This document shows positions 13,215 to 25,911 of a stretch of DNA of 64,000 nt, one piece after another. The DNA is taken from positions 279,310,001 to 279,374,000 of the forward strand of contig OZ024742.1 of NCBI GenBank assembly GCA_964016885.1, read 5' to 3'. Every line of letters begins with the position of its first letter. The first letter of the stretch is position 1. A program made the translations under genes and the position numbers. Below the pieces are notes generated by a model. It saw only the letters and a program-made list of their open reading frames with translations. It did not search any database and had not been told where the DNA came from. The DNA comes from Eledone cirrhosa (taxonomy: Eukaryota).

Positions 13215-13478
13215 ATAGCTAATAATTGTTTCTACTTTTGACACAAGGCCAACAATTATCCAGTGTATTACTGGTACTTTATTGGTATAGCTAATAATTG
13301 TTTCTACTTTTGGCACAAGGCCAGCAATTAACCCAGTGTATTACTGGTACTTTATTTTATCGACCCCGAAAGGATGAAAGGCAAAGTTAACCTCGGCGGG
13401 ATTTGAACTCAGAATGGCAAGGACCGTAACTCTATGCGTCAAAGCATGGCGTCCGACCCTCTACTGGTACTGCCAATC
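13215..13478 (-). mobile_element. tRNA-derived SINE with Meta-like core; tail tandemly duplicated
   Basis: Minus strand has B box GAGTTCAAATCC, then GAGGTTAACTTTGCCTTTCATCCTTTCGGGGTCGATAAAATAAAGTACCAG. Segment 13215-13282 repeats 13287-13352. Confidence 0.75.
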
Positions 13479-13797
13479 AATAATAACACATGATTGTATA
13501 GTATTTTTCGACATTGAAGACTTGATAGGTCAAATCGACCTTGACAGTATTTTAACTCAGATTTTATATCCGAATCCTTGTCATTTACATGACACAATGT
13601 CAACCTTATGTTCTACACTCATTTGGTAAATTAATTTATTTTACTTCCATAAGAAAAAGAACATTGTCATTTTATCTCCTTTATAAATCTTTGAGACATT
13701 TGAAGAGTAAAAGCTGATGGATTGTTTTCTAATCCGATATTGGTACATGATTTGGAATATTAATAATGATTATAGTAGTAGTGGTGGTGGTGTCGGT

Positions 13798-13923
<126 letters not shown>

Positions 13924-14857
13924 AGATATTATTACTTCATGGTCCACTTCAGTGAAACTCCCACACTTCATTAAGTTTATGTTCGGGAGGCGGAGATAAA
14001 TATGATTGAGAGGTTGGAATATTATAAGCAAAAACAAGAAGCAAACATAGAATAGAATAAATTAAAATGAAATAATTACATCAAAATTAGTTATTGGTAT
14101 ATCTCAACCATAAACTAAAGTATTTAGCGTAATTGTTATATAAAGAAGGTTTAACTGGGCTAAAAACACCTAAACGTTTTACCCCTATTCCTCCGTCGTT
14201 CCACGTTTAACCGTAGCTCAACAGATTATATCTAGAATTCCATCCACCCTCCAGGTGATTCATGCGCTCGATGAGCGGAACGCTAGACTGAAATCTTTCG
14301 ATATATAGGGAATATGCTGACAGAGGTGACCACTCGTTTGGAAGGAGATGCAGTCACTAGTACTATAACAATCACTACCTGGCAGTGGAGAACCGTTGGA
14401 GAACCGCCTACTTGCAGAATACGTACTTAAAAGGATGTCTTGTTAACTTCGACAGTTGGGGGTAGTGACGTAGGACATGGATTGGCCCACACTTTCTCCA
14501 GGTGTCATACAGGGCTAGCTGGCGTAGAAAGAACATCAACATATTCTATCGTCTCCTGTATAACGAAATTGACGAAACGTTTTCAGGATGTTTTGAAAAT
14601 GTTGAAGAATTTTTTATGTAAATATATGTTTTCGCCTATATTGTGTTCCAGCAGAGAGCAGGGTAAGGGATCATTTCTTTCTAACAACCAGAGTCAGAAA
14701 CGATGATCACCGTCGAAATTTAGCCTCCCTTGCTTCTGATATAAACCTCAAGATGGAGCTACGTCATCAGTGACCAAAGTTCATAGCTGAAGGCTTTCAA
14801 ATATTTACTCAGAAACATTTCGTACATCGCTAGATATACAAAAATCTCATATATATA

Positions 14858-15080
14858 TATATTTATTAAAATAACAGATTAAAGTTTAAGCAAAGAATCG
14901 CTGCTTTCACCCTTAACGGGATCTTCTGAAACTCAGAGTTTCAGAAGGTCCCGTTAAGAGTGAAAGCAGCTATTCTTGCTTAAACTTTAATCTGTTATTT
15001 TAATAAATATTTGCTCTACGGTTCTTATATATTTTATATATATTTATCCTTATCGAGCGCTCTTTGGATTTTAGGCTTCA
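14858..15080 (+). mobile_element. Fold-back palindromic PLE-type terminal fragment
   Basis: ~75-bp near-perfect arms centred at 14935, plus a 70-nt tail. A second non-folded copy lies at 19280-19430 (minus). Confidence 0.55.
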
Positions 15081-15109
15081 AATTTATTATTATTAATCTC
15101 TCTCTCTCT

Positions 15110-15201
<92 letters not shown>

Positions 15202-15339
15202 AGTGTAATTTTCTACACAAAACGAATGTTATAGAGAAAATTGAGGTTGGTAATGGCACATGGAATATATAAGAGACAGAATACATTTTTGTGAAAAAAC
15301 ATATAATTTTATAAGGTAAGGAAATAATAAAGGGTATAA

Positions 15340-15387
15340 AAAATGACCGGTTTCGATGGGTCTGCAAAAGCCATCTTTTCAAATGTT
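15340..15387 (-). ncRNA. Hammerhead ribozyme, U3-A8 variant (family B, sense copy)
   Basis: UUGAAAA-GAUGG..CCAUC-GAAA-C CG G-UC; weak stem I AACAU/AUUUU. Confidence 0.7.
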
Positions 15388-15764
15388 GATTAATATTAAG
15401 AAAAATTAATAATACGAAGAGTTAAAATTTGAGATTTGAAAATTCAAGTATAAAATTCATTGGGGGATTTCATAGTAGTTTTCATCTTGGTAGTAACAAG
15501 TTGACTGCTGTGTGCCTTTCTGGTAGTGAATGAGAAGTTATTTGGGGGTATGGGTTATTTTGTAAAGGTCAGATTTAGCAATGGCCAGCTGGCCAGCTGC
15601 TGGCCAGCTGCTGGTCAGTGAGAGGGTGGAAGCAATATACATACATATATCTTCCTGTGGTTGGTAGGAGAGGGGAGCGTGATAGAAAGGGATTTAGTGC
15701 ACTTACACCTATATATACACACATACCTTCATCCACACATACATACATATACATATACATACAC

Positions 15765-15803
<39 letters not shown>

Positions 15804-16401
15804 CACACATACATACACACACACATACATATACATACACACATACACACACACACACATATATACACATACACACACATATATATATACACACACACAC
15901 ACACATATATATACATACACATACATCCAGATACACACATACATACACACACACACACACAATACACACATCCACATGCACACACATACACACACACATA
16001 TACACATACATACACCCACACACAGAGAAATGCCCTCCAAACATATATATATATACATACATACACATATATTTTTTCCATAATATAAGAAGTTAGGACA
16101 GTGAAATTTAAATAAAAGTCATTCTGATCACATTGAGTTCTTCATGTAGATTGGGCCCCGCAACCGACAGTGGTGAATTCTGTGTGCGCATATATATATA
16201 TATAGATATATGTGTGTGCACGTGCAGGGTTTATCATGGATGTGTTGGTCACACAAAGGCATGGTCTGTCAACGAATAAACCTGATTCTACAGAATTGGC
16301 CTCTGGTCTTTAATAGTAGTGATAATTATATACATGCACACATACAAACACATATATCTCTGTCATTCCGTGCGTATGTGTGTTTATATTTTATGACAAT
16401 T

Positions 16402-16869
16402 CTATTGGGGTGATAACCCGTTTAGTTTTGGTTTAAATTTGTTAAGGAATAGATTTTCTTTGTTTATTCTTTGTTGCTGTGTGAATGAATCTGAGCACTT
16501 GTAGAAGGGGAATATTTTAAAGTTGGGTAGTGTCATTCCTGCGCAGTTCGCAATATGGCTGCTCAAGGGGATTTTTCTTGTGTTAGCGTCCCGGATTTGT
16601 TGGCGGTGGATGGTCATTCTTTTGCGTAATGAGGTGCCCGTCTGTCCTATGTAGTTGTGTTTGCAGCCACCGCAAGTTATTGCGTAAATCAAGTTCTCCG
16701 AGTTGCAGGTGAAATTGTTTTTTACTGTAAATGTTTGGCCATCTTTGAATGTAAATGTTTGTCCTTCAGTGAGGTAGAGGCACGTTCCACAGTTTGTTCT
16801 ACCACATTTGGTAACTGTAGGGTTGAGGATTGGTTTGGGTATATTTGGTCCAGTGAGAATGCGTTTTAG
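16402..16869 (-). CDS. GIY-YIG endonuclease domain of a Penelope-like element (5'-truncated)
   Basis: CGRTNCGTC...FTCNSENLIYAITCGGCKHNYIGQTGTSLRKRMTIH...RINKE...KPKLN. The upstream part of the called ORF is microsatellite read-through. Confidence 0.9.
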   Translation of the reverse strand, partial: LKRILTGPNIPKPILNPTVTKCGRTNCGTCLYLTEGQTFTFKDGQTFTVKNNFTCNSENLIYAITCGGCKHNYIGQTGTSLRKRMTIHRQQIRDANTRKIPLSSHIANCAGMTLPNFKIFPFYKCSDSFTQQQRINKENLFLNKFKPKLNGLSPQ

Positions 16870-17035
16870 TGTGTATATATATGTGTATAGATATGTGTGT
16901 GTGTGTGTATATATATGTGTATATATATGTGTGTGTGTGTGTGTATATATATATGGGTGTGTATGTGTATATATGTGTGTGTGTGTGTGTGTGTATGTGT
17001 GTATGTATATGTATGTGTGTGTGTATGTATGTGTG

Positions 17036-17086
<51 letters not shown>

Positions 17087-17452
17087 GTGTGTGTATATGT
17101 ATATGTATGTATGTGTGGATGAAGGTATGTGTGTATATATAGGTGTAAGTGCACTAAATCCCTTTCTATCACGCTCCCCTCTCCTACCAACCACAGGAAG
17201 ATATATGTATGTATATTGCTTCCACCCCCTCATTGACAAGCAGCTGGCCAGCTAGCCATTGCTAAATCTGACCTTTATAAAATAACCCACAACCCCAAAT
17301 AACTTATCATTCACTATCAGAAAGGCACACAGCAGTCAACTTGCTGCTACCAAGATGAAAACTACTATGAAATCCCCCAATGAATTTTATACTTGAATTT
17401 TCAAATCTCAAATTTTAACTCTTCGTATTATTAATTTTTCTTAATATTAATC

Positions 17453-17500
17453 AACATTTGAAAAGATGGCTTTTGCAGACCCATCGAAACCGGTCATTTT
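17453..17500 (+). ncRNA. Hammerhead ribozyme, U3-A8 variant (family B, inverted copy)
   Basis: Same motif as 15340-15387. Confidence 0.7.
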
Positions 17501-18361
17501 TTATACCCTTTATTATTTCCTTACCTTATAAAATTATATGTTTTTTCACAAAAAAGTATTCTGTCTCTTATATATTCCATGTGCCATTACCAACCTCAAT
17601 TTTCTCTCTCTCTCTATATATATACATATATCATAGTTGAACATATGTAGGCGCATTATATTTTTCTGTAGTGGACCTATGCTTTTTCTGTATAATTTTA
17701 TCGTTTGCAATTTGACAAGATAGCCTGTTGGAATGGATATCAATTCTTTGTTGATATGGCCTAGCACGATGATAACAATTGCTGGCACTCTCTTTTTTTA
17801 TTTGCATTTCCAGAATATTTTTCTTTCTATTTTCTTTTATTTTTTCATTGAAATTTTCAGTCAGTTATACCTTTTGTGGTGTTTAAGTAGTTCTGCTATT
17901 TCCTCTACAGCAATTTTATAATTTCATTGTCAGCTGGACATGTCACGTATCGATCGGTATACAGACAGACAAGACAGGACATTGTCATCATGCTTAAAGA
18001 TTTTTAGTGACATTTAACAACGTCAATGTTATTGTTACTGTCATTAGCACAGGCAGCATCATCGACGAAGTCGTAGTTTTGTCGTTCTTCCTCTCATTAT
18101 CATCATCATAATGGCCGTCGTCATTATAATTATAATCATAATTATAATTATCATTATCATATCATTTATATTATCAATAGCACAATCTGTAGCATCATCG
18201 TCCTGGTTGTGTTAGCTGCCGTCATAGTCGTCTTTTTAAAATTTCTTCGAGGTTGATAAATAAATACTATAAATGTAACACTATCTCTCTATATACATTT
18301 CTCTCCCTCTAGCAGTATCTCTCTATCTCTCTTTCTGCACCCCACAGACTCTCTCTCTCAC

Positions 18362-18417
<56 letters not shown>

Positions 18418-18900
18418 ACACACACAGACACACACACACAGACACACACACACACACACACGCGCCCACGCACACACGCTTTTTGGAAGAGATGGACTAT
18501 CCTGATCCGTAGATAGATGCGTTGCAACAGATTTAAAATGACCATACCACATCGTGAGTCAGGACAGTGTCCCTCCAGCTCTATTATGAATTAACGGTAA
18601 CTTTTCTTGTATTTTACTTTTCTGCAGTGTAAGATGCGTTGGACCAAGGTTTAGTCCTGATTAATGTGTAGTTAAATGGAGGTGAGAATATGTCTCTCCC
18701 GTTGATGGGAGGTTGCAATCGAATCCTGTTGATACATAGTTCCAAATGGCTAAACACGAGCAACATGAAATGATATTGCTCAAGGACTCACCGTGCTCAC
18801 TGATACTACTAATGTGCATTGATAATAATTGGTTATTATAACTTATAATAAATATTAATTGTAACAATATTAATAAACAATATATTGATGGTTGTGGTGA

Positions 18901-18911
18901 TAGTAGTAGTC

Positions 18912-18987
<76 letters not shown>

Positions 18988-19000
18988 TGGTAGTAGTAGT
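18901..19000. repeat. (AGT)n tract, possibly the (ACT)n tail of a minus-strand LINE 3' end at 19001-19085
   Basis: The repeat is read directly; the tail interpretation is weak. Confidence 0.7.
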
Positions 19001-19189
19001 GCCTACGTATGTCTTGATGTCATCATTCTTTCCTTCATAATAAAGGGACTCCATGGCAGTTCTCACATGCTAAACATATCTGCCTATAAATACATATATA
19101 TTTACGTGTGTGTGTTTGTGTGTACCACCACCATCAATATATTGTTTATTAATATTGTTACAATTACACACACACACACACTCATACAG

Positions 19190-19267
<78 letters not shown>

Positions 19268-19279
19268 GTAATAATAATA

Positions 19280-19430
19280 AATATGAAGACTAAAATCCAA
19301 AGAGCGCTCGATAAGGATAAATATATATCAAATATATAAGAACCGTAGAGTAAATATTTATAAAAATAACAGATTAAAGTTTAAGCAAAGAATCGCTGCT
19401 TTCACCCTTAACGGGATCTTCTGAAGTCAA
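19280..19430 (-). mobile_element. Second copy of the 14936-15080 terminal fragment
   Basis: Reverse complement matches 14940-15080; flanked by (TA)n. Confidence 0.6.
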
Positions 19431-19494
<64 letters not shown>

Positions 19495-19611
19495 AATATG
19501 CAATGAAATGCAATGAAATATCTATGATCGTTGACAAATCACTGATGAGGGACTCATTTTATAACATGTTATCCATGTGCAACCTGCAGTATTCTTCTCC
19601 CCATTTTTTCA

Positions 19612-19642
<31 letters not shown>

Positions 19643-19718
19643 CTGTGGGTATGTATGTATGAATGTATATATATATATATATATATATATGCATATGTGT
19701 GTGTGTGAGGGAGAGAGG

Positions 19719-19800
<82 letters not shown>

Positions 19801-20121
19801 TGCCTGGGTTCAATCAGGGGTAACCACAGTAAGTAAGGTACTCAATACATTAGTAGTGTGTAAACATCATGATTAATACAGAAATGGCTTCTACGGGACT
19901 AGAACTGTTTCATTCAAAATGTATTAAATGCTTTCCATACGGGAAAATCCTCTCTGAATGGAAATGATACAACCTGAACATACAGAATCATAAGAGACAT
20001 CTTCTCAATCACACTTATTTCGCTTATATACGGCATTTTTTCAGCATACTATTTACACCATTCCTTCTTTTACTAGAACATCATTTTTTTTTCACGTTAT
20101 ATATGATAATAATAACTTAAT

Positions 20122-20340
20122 AACTGTTTCAACTTTAGGCACAAGGCCAGCATTTTTTTAAGGGATGGGGAAAGTCGATTAAATCGACCCCAGTGCATTA
20201 CTTGTGCTTTATTTTATCGACCCTGTAAGGATGAAAGGCAAAGTTAACCTTGGCAGGATTTGAATTCAGACCGTAAAGGAGCGTAACTCTATGCTGCAAA
20301 GCATGGCGTCCGACTCTGTATCGATATTGCCAATCCTCCA
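20122..20340 (-). mobile_element. tRNA-derived SINE, same family as 13290-13478
   Basis: Shared core TTTTATCGACCC..AAGGATGAAAGGCAAAGTTAACCT and the same tail. Confidence 0.75.
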
Positions 20341-20550
20341 CCCTGATGATGCACTTAATAACATAACAGAGTGTGGCCAAGGATGTAAGATACATATAAT
20401 CAAAATTGAATATGATTATTCAATTTCTGATTCAAATACGTTGTTTTTATACGTCCTCCTTCTCACTGATTTAAATTAAAATTCGAGGTACGCGAGCAAC
20501 TGAGATCCACTATAAAACCTGAATTTTGTTTTACATTAAGTCTAACTGAA

Positions 20551-20945
20551 GGCGCATGGCTTAGTGGTTAGAGCATTGCACTCGCAATCGGAATGTTATG
20601 AGTTTGATCCTCGGAGAGGGTGATGCGTTGTGTCCTTGAACAAGACATTTTATTTCACGTTGCTCCAGTTTACTCAGTTGTATAAATGAGTTGCGACATC
20701 ACTGGTGCCTAGCAGTATCGGCCATAGAGTTTCCTTTCGACATCATCGGTGGCGTGGAGAAGGGAGGCTGGTATGCATGGGCGACTGCTGGTCTTCCCCA
20801 AACAACCTTGCTCGGCCTTGCGCCTCTGAGGGAAACTTTCTAGGTGCAAATAAATGGTCATCCGTGACCGAAGTTGATCTAAAACGTCTAAGTAAGTTCT
20901 GAGGTCAAACCATGCCACAGGGGACTTTGTCATTCAACCTTTCAA
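20551..20945 (+). mobile_element. tRNA-derived SINE, second family
   Basis: A box TGGCTTAGTGG, B box GAGTTTGATCC, then the core-like GTTGTGTCCTTGAACAAGACATTTTATTTCAC. Confidence 0.65.
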
Positions 20946-21288
20946 GGGCAAATGAAATATATTTATCGTATTTTTTTTATATTCGGTTTGATTGTATACT
21001 TCTATAACGAGCACTCGTCCCAGAAAATATATAACAGTTTCCTACTTTAGGAATCTATATTATATTATATGTAAATTACAGCCATTGTGTTAGATCATTC
21101 GTCGTTCTTTATAGATACTCTCTTTCCTTCAGAATGTATTTATGTATAGTTGTTCGATCTACTTACCTTCTGCTATTCACCTATAAAAAGTCTGCTTGTG
21201 AGAGATATTTTGAGTTTTATGCCTATTTTAAGTTTTAATATACCAATAGTTCGTTTTATGATGGGTACAATCGAATGCACCATTGTCA

Positions 21289-21417
<129 letters not shown>

Positions 21418-22053
21418 CCTAGCCTTTCGTCTTGCTATGTTCGTTCAAATCTATACATTCTTTATATCGAGAATAAAAAAATTCTGCCTGGAAACAGTTG
21501 TAATTTCGAATTCGGTATTTTCGGTGTCTCTGCTTATTTCAGAAAATAAGTGAATTATTATATTGTTAAACCAGCCCGAGTTTATGAAAATATCATTATT
21601 TCACACTTGCTAGTTTGAATTCTATGCTGATTTACCGGTGAAAAGTGCTCGCAGAATCATATTTTATGGTTTTCTGATATTGTCCATACATGCAACGGTC
21701 AAGATCTGTCTCTTTTAGTATATAATTTTGTTATTAACGTTTTTGAAAGGCGCTGATGCAGATCTGTGATTATTACAATGAACAGTGATTCTTCTTTTAG
21801 ACAGTAAATATTTTAAACATCGACAGTTTGGCTCTTGTCATATAAAGAAGACATTACGTATGTCGCTACAAATTCATGACATAGTAGCCTCAGGTCTCAA
21901 ATCATACATTAGTGTCTTTATAATACAAAAATGGGGAAAGATATAAGGACACATCGGATAAAATAAATTATGGTTGAAAACACAGGATTGTCATAGCTAA
22001 AATAGCTTTACCCATAAGACTCTTCATTCAAGCTTCATCTAGATAGATTGAAG

Positions 22054-22146
<93 letters not shown>

Positions 22147-22630
22147 ATATGCATAGATCGAAGAATCTGTAACTGAATGAAGTGGTGTGAAGAGGTAAGG
22201 AATACTCTGTAGGAGGATAACATTAAAGCATAGAGATAATAACTAATAAGCGTAAAAAAGCAGGTGCCCCAAGAAATATCAATCCTTGAAGTGGACATAG
22301 AGGAAAACAACTTTTGGAGTATGTATTTATACGTACTAAAAGTTCTTTCGATTCATATTATTATACACAGCAATGTGAGAATATGATATAACATGAAGAG
22401 GAGACATGAAAGGAATATCAAAATAGAGTATTACATAATAAACGTGATGCTTGTGTAGGTTTTAATGCTTAACTGTGCAGATAAATGCGAAGAAAGTGAT
22501 ACATATATATTTAAACGGGCATGTAGAGAAACACACACATATATAGCAGGTGTATAATTCAAGTAGGTAGATGTTAGTTTGAACTATATACAACAGCATA
22601 GACTGCAAATATGTTACTTCAGATACTTCA

Positions 22631-22663
<33 letters not shown>

Positions 22664-22664
22664 T

Positions 22665-24430
22665 TAAGAGTTAAACAAGGTTCAATGAATACATCAAAGA
22701 ATGAGTTTTACAATAGATTGGAAGCACTCAAGAGAAAAATGTTTTTGAGTAGGTTTTGGGGGACTTAGAAAGTTGGATTTGCACTGTTTTTTTTATGTAT
22801 ATCTAGGTATAAATTTAACAAACCATAATAACAGACAAATATTGGTCTATCTCTCCACTGAACTGGAGGTAAATCTACAATTATAGCATTACTAACGATT
22901 ATTATAATTATTATTTTTTGTTAAATGTATACCGTTTCATTAATACCTATAATTATATCTATATATAGTTGTACAAATATCGTTATCTAGTGTAATAAAA
23001 TAATCGTAGTTACATTTCTAAATAATTTAGACACACAAATGACTTTATATTGTTATGAGTGTTTGGTATTCCCAGGCAGGTTGAACTTATATAATCATTT
23101 ACTTAATATAATATAATATAATATAATATAAAATAATATAATTTAATTTAACTTATTTTGTTTCATTCTATTTTAATTAAATTTAGATTACCTTCAGCTT
23201 TTTCAAATATTCAGCGCTTCTTTATATCACATTCGCTAAAATATTTTAGAGATATCTTTTCTATACTTTATTAAAACCTTATTGCAGTTATTTCTAATTT
23301 TGGGCATCTTCAAATTTCACAAATATTTCATTTACTTTTATTTGAATATTTATTTTGTATCTAGCCCCTATCACAAGGACTTATAGTTTTGACTTATATC
23401 TTTATAGTATATATTAACTAAATGAAAATAATTGATATAAATCAATAATTCTTTAACATTATTTTTAACTATGTATATCTTTGAGCAATATCTCCAGGAA
23501 ATTATTTACGTATTATTTATGTTGAAAGGTATCACCTCAACTATGAACAAATAATAAATTATAATCTTGGTAGTTTATGATCAATGCATATATATATATT
23601 TTAAAATTCTGACTACTTTAAGTTTAATTATGAGGCCGGTTGATACTTTAGGCACTCAAACTATTTAACATTAAATTCTTTAATAATTATAACTATAATT
23701 ATCTTATAAATTATATTATAGCAACTGTTGTCAATATTATGAGTAATTTTGGTAAAGATTACCTTCGTGAGGATATAGAACATTATATATATATTTTTTT
23801 CTTTTCTCGTGTTTCCTAAATCCTTTAAATTTGTTTTCATAAAATTTGAATTTTAGAAATTTAACATAATTATATTATAATATTAATACACATACCTATT
23901 AACTTTTAAAACCTAAAATATGATTCTTTACCCTGAAATAACATAAATTAAATAATTTGAAAATTAACCGCCAACTATATTATATAGAAATCTGTGTGTA
24001 TAGACACTTGAACATAAATTACTTCCTTTGTCTCTCTCTCTCTTTAATCATTTTTCATCTGTCTTCTCAAGCCACTTACTAAATATATAACATCAGCTGT
24101 TTCTTCCTCTATGCTTTCTTTTCCCTCCGCTTTCTCTAGTAGTTTTTAAAAATTAAAAATTCTATAACTGTTATATTGATGCCATGTATTTCTTAAAATC
24201 TATTACATACACCCTCCCTATTGTTTGTATTACGTTATCTCATCTTCTCAATATTAGAGTATAAATATTGAGTTTTGTCATAAGTTAATCACTACCTTGT
24301 CAGGGTATGTCATGTATCATTTTATTTTATCTGATGAGGAAGTACTGTTGAACTTAACTCAGTACCTCTGAAATATGCATAATACAATATAATTCATCAC
24401 AAGAATATCTATTTTGTTAATTTTTTGAAT

Positions 24431-24432
<2 letters not shown>
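22665..24432 (+). mobile_element. Probable very decayed Penelope-like element
   Basis: AT-rich block between (TA)n tracts, with a hammerhead at the right end and a PLE-type terminal hairpin (22725-22751, minus) at the left end. No readable ORF. Confidence 0.35.
24319..24393 (+). ncRNA. Type I hammerhead ribozyme (family C)
   Basis: AUUUUAUUUUAU-CUGAUGA-GGAAGUACUG..CAGUACCUCU-GAAA-U AUGC A-UA-AUACAAUAUAAU. Confidence 0.75.
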
Positions 24433-24524
<92 letters not shown>

Positions 24525-24526
<2 letters not shown>

Positions 24527-25325
24527 AAGGCGGGTAAAATTCCCGAGATCCATGGACGAGTTCGCTCCAGCGGTCTCTGTCCCTCATTATCGCTGCCATA
24601 TCCTGCATCTCCAACAGACCAGTGTCTGTCCTTAGGGCATCATCATATGTTAACCTTGGTCTTCCTCTTCTAGTGTGTCCATGTAGGGGCTCCCAAAGGA
24701 GCACTGAGTGCAATGTCAACTCTGGATGTCGGTGAGCATGTCCAGCCAACCTCAGTCTCCTCTGTGTCACTTTTGAGCTGACGTTTGGGATGCTCCCATA
24801 CAGCTCTGAGTTTTTCGTCCTTAGTGTATACTGATTAATGTTCAGAGCCATCCTCAGCATTCTCGTGTAGCACCCATCCACCATCTGAGTGAGAAACACC
24901 AGGACACTGGCTTTACTGTAGCACCGGCTCAGAGCAGGAGAGTTGGGGCGAAAAAGGTATCGGATGCTGAATTTGCCGACGACATAGTTTTGGTGACAAA
25001 TACAGTGAAGGAGGCAGAGGATTTGATGCGGGAGGTTGAGACTGTGTCGATGAATGTGGGGCTGAGAATGAATGAGACTAAAACAAAATATCTGGTAGAG
25101 AATGTTGAGAAGCCAGAGGGGATCACTAATGTAGGCGGGAAGCCGTTGGAATTGGTTGAGGACTTCCTGTATTTGGGAGCAAAGATTGGAAATACGGAAG
25201 ATGATGTGGTTGAGAGGAAGAGCAAGGCCTGGGCGGCGTGTCACGGCTTGAGATCGGTGTGGAAGTTGGACCTTCGTAGAGACCTGAAATTCCGCCTCTT
25301 CATTGCTGTAGTGGAGTCTGTGCTG

Positions 25326-25330
<5 letters not shown>
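24525..25330. mobile_element. RTE-group LINE fragment with 5' inversion, in (TA)n
   Basis: Minus 24525-24890 is the C-terminus (DGCYTRMLR..RLRLAGH..GRPRLTY..DRDRW). Plus 24891-25330 is the upstream RT (EFADDIVL..FLYLG..ESVLLY). Confidence 0.88.
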
Positions 25331-25370
<40 letters not shown>

Positions 25371-25371
<1 letters not shown>

Positions 25372-25505
25372 CAACGAGTAGGACCCCGACGGCTGAGCTC
25401 AGCCGTCAGGGTCCTAATCGTTCCTATTACCCACTCTACTACCCTAAGTATTGAGTACTTTGGTGCGTTATGGTCCATCTGGTTCCTTACCACATTTCCT
25501 TCGTT
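25371..25505 (+). mobile_element. Short PLE-type terminal fragment (family H) with fold-back
   Basis: Palindrome 25379-25417 plus a tail homologous to 32594-32700. Confidence 0.55.
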
Positions 25506-25865
25506 ATATATATATATATATATATATGGAAACAGGGAGAAAAAGACGATTATTAGGAAGAAAAAAAAGATTTTCCCTTTTTAATTCTTTGTCTCTTTTT
25601 TCTGGGTTAGAAAATGATTAAAACGAAATATTTTATTTTGTGTGAAGTGTTAAGGTATTAGTTGATTTATTTATTAATTAACAATGGCATTTATTTATTT
25701 ATTCATATATTTAATAATTTATGTATTTAATATATATATATAATGGAATTTCGTATTTCTGAAGAAATACGGTTTGTTTATAATAAATATTTAGAAAGCC
25801 GTATCTATGCAAGAACACCCGCGGCTATCACCACCTGGTGATGTCCAGCAGAGCCAAGGGAGACC

Positions 25866-25911
25866 ATCGTCGATTCGCATTTCGAACTGAATTGGTTCTC
25901 ATCAGGACGAT
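25866..25911 (-). ncRNA. Canonical minimal type I hammerhead ribozyme (family D)
   Basis: AUCGUC-CUGAUGA-GAAC CAAUUCA GUUC-GAAA-U GCGA A-UC-GACGAU: perfect 6-bp stem I and 4-bp stem II. Confidence 0.88.

Larger units (their letters stand above)
15198..17607 (-). mobile_element. 5'-truncated Penelope-like element (Neptune-type GIY-YIG) with ~700-bp inverted pLTRs
   Basis: Arms ~15234-15930 and ~16880-17607 are inverted copies. A ~35-nt tail is unique to the left end. A GIY-YIG ORF lies between the arms, and each arm has a hammerhead. Confidence 0.88.

Noticed and set aside
16225-16285. Hairpin 3' of the GIY-YIG ORF as a possible SECIS (Naiad-type PLE)
   Set aside because: Outer stem only, no helix II or apical AA, and no in-frame TGA in the visible ORF.
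18600-18835. Polypyrimidine-CAG acceptor suggesting a host exon
   Set aside because: Stops in all three frames shortly downstream and no recognisable domain.
19542-19580. CTGATGAG (also 14764-14770 minus, 20343, 25759, 9075-9081 minus) as hammerheads
   Set aside because: No correctly placed GAAA plus NUH; at best truncated relics.
20551-20615. tRNA gene (also 38020-38105)
   Set aside because: A and B boxes are present but there is no cloverleaf, and the sequence runs into SINE cores.
24525-25493. 322-aa ORF as a single gene
   Set aside because: Chimeric read-through of a PLE fragment, (TA)n, antisense RT and the true RT C-terminus.
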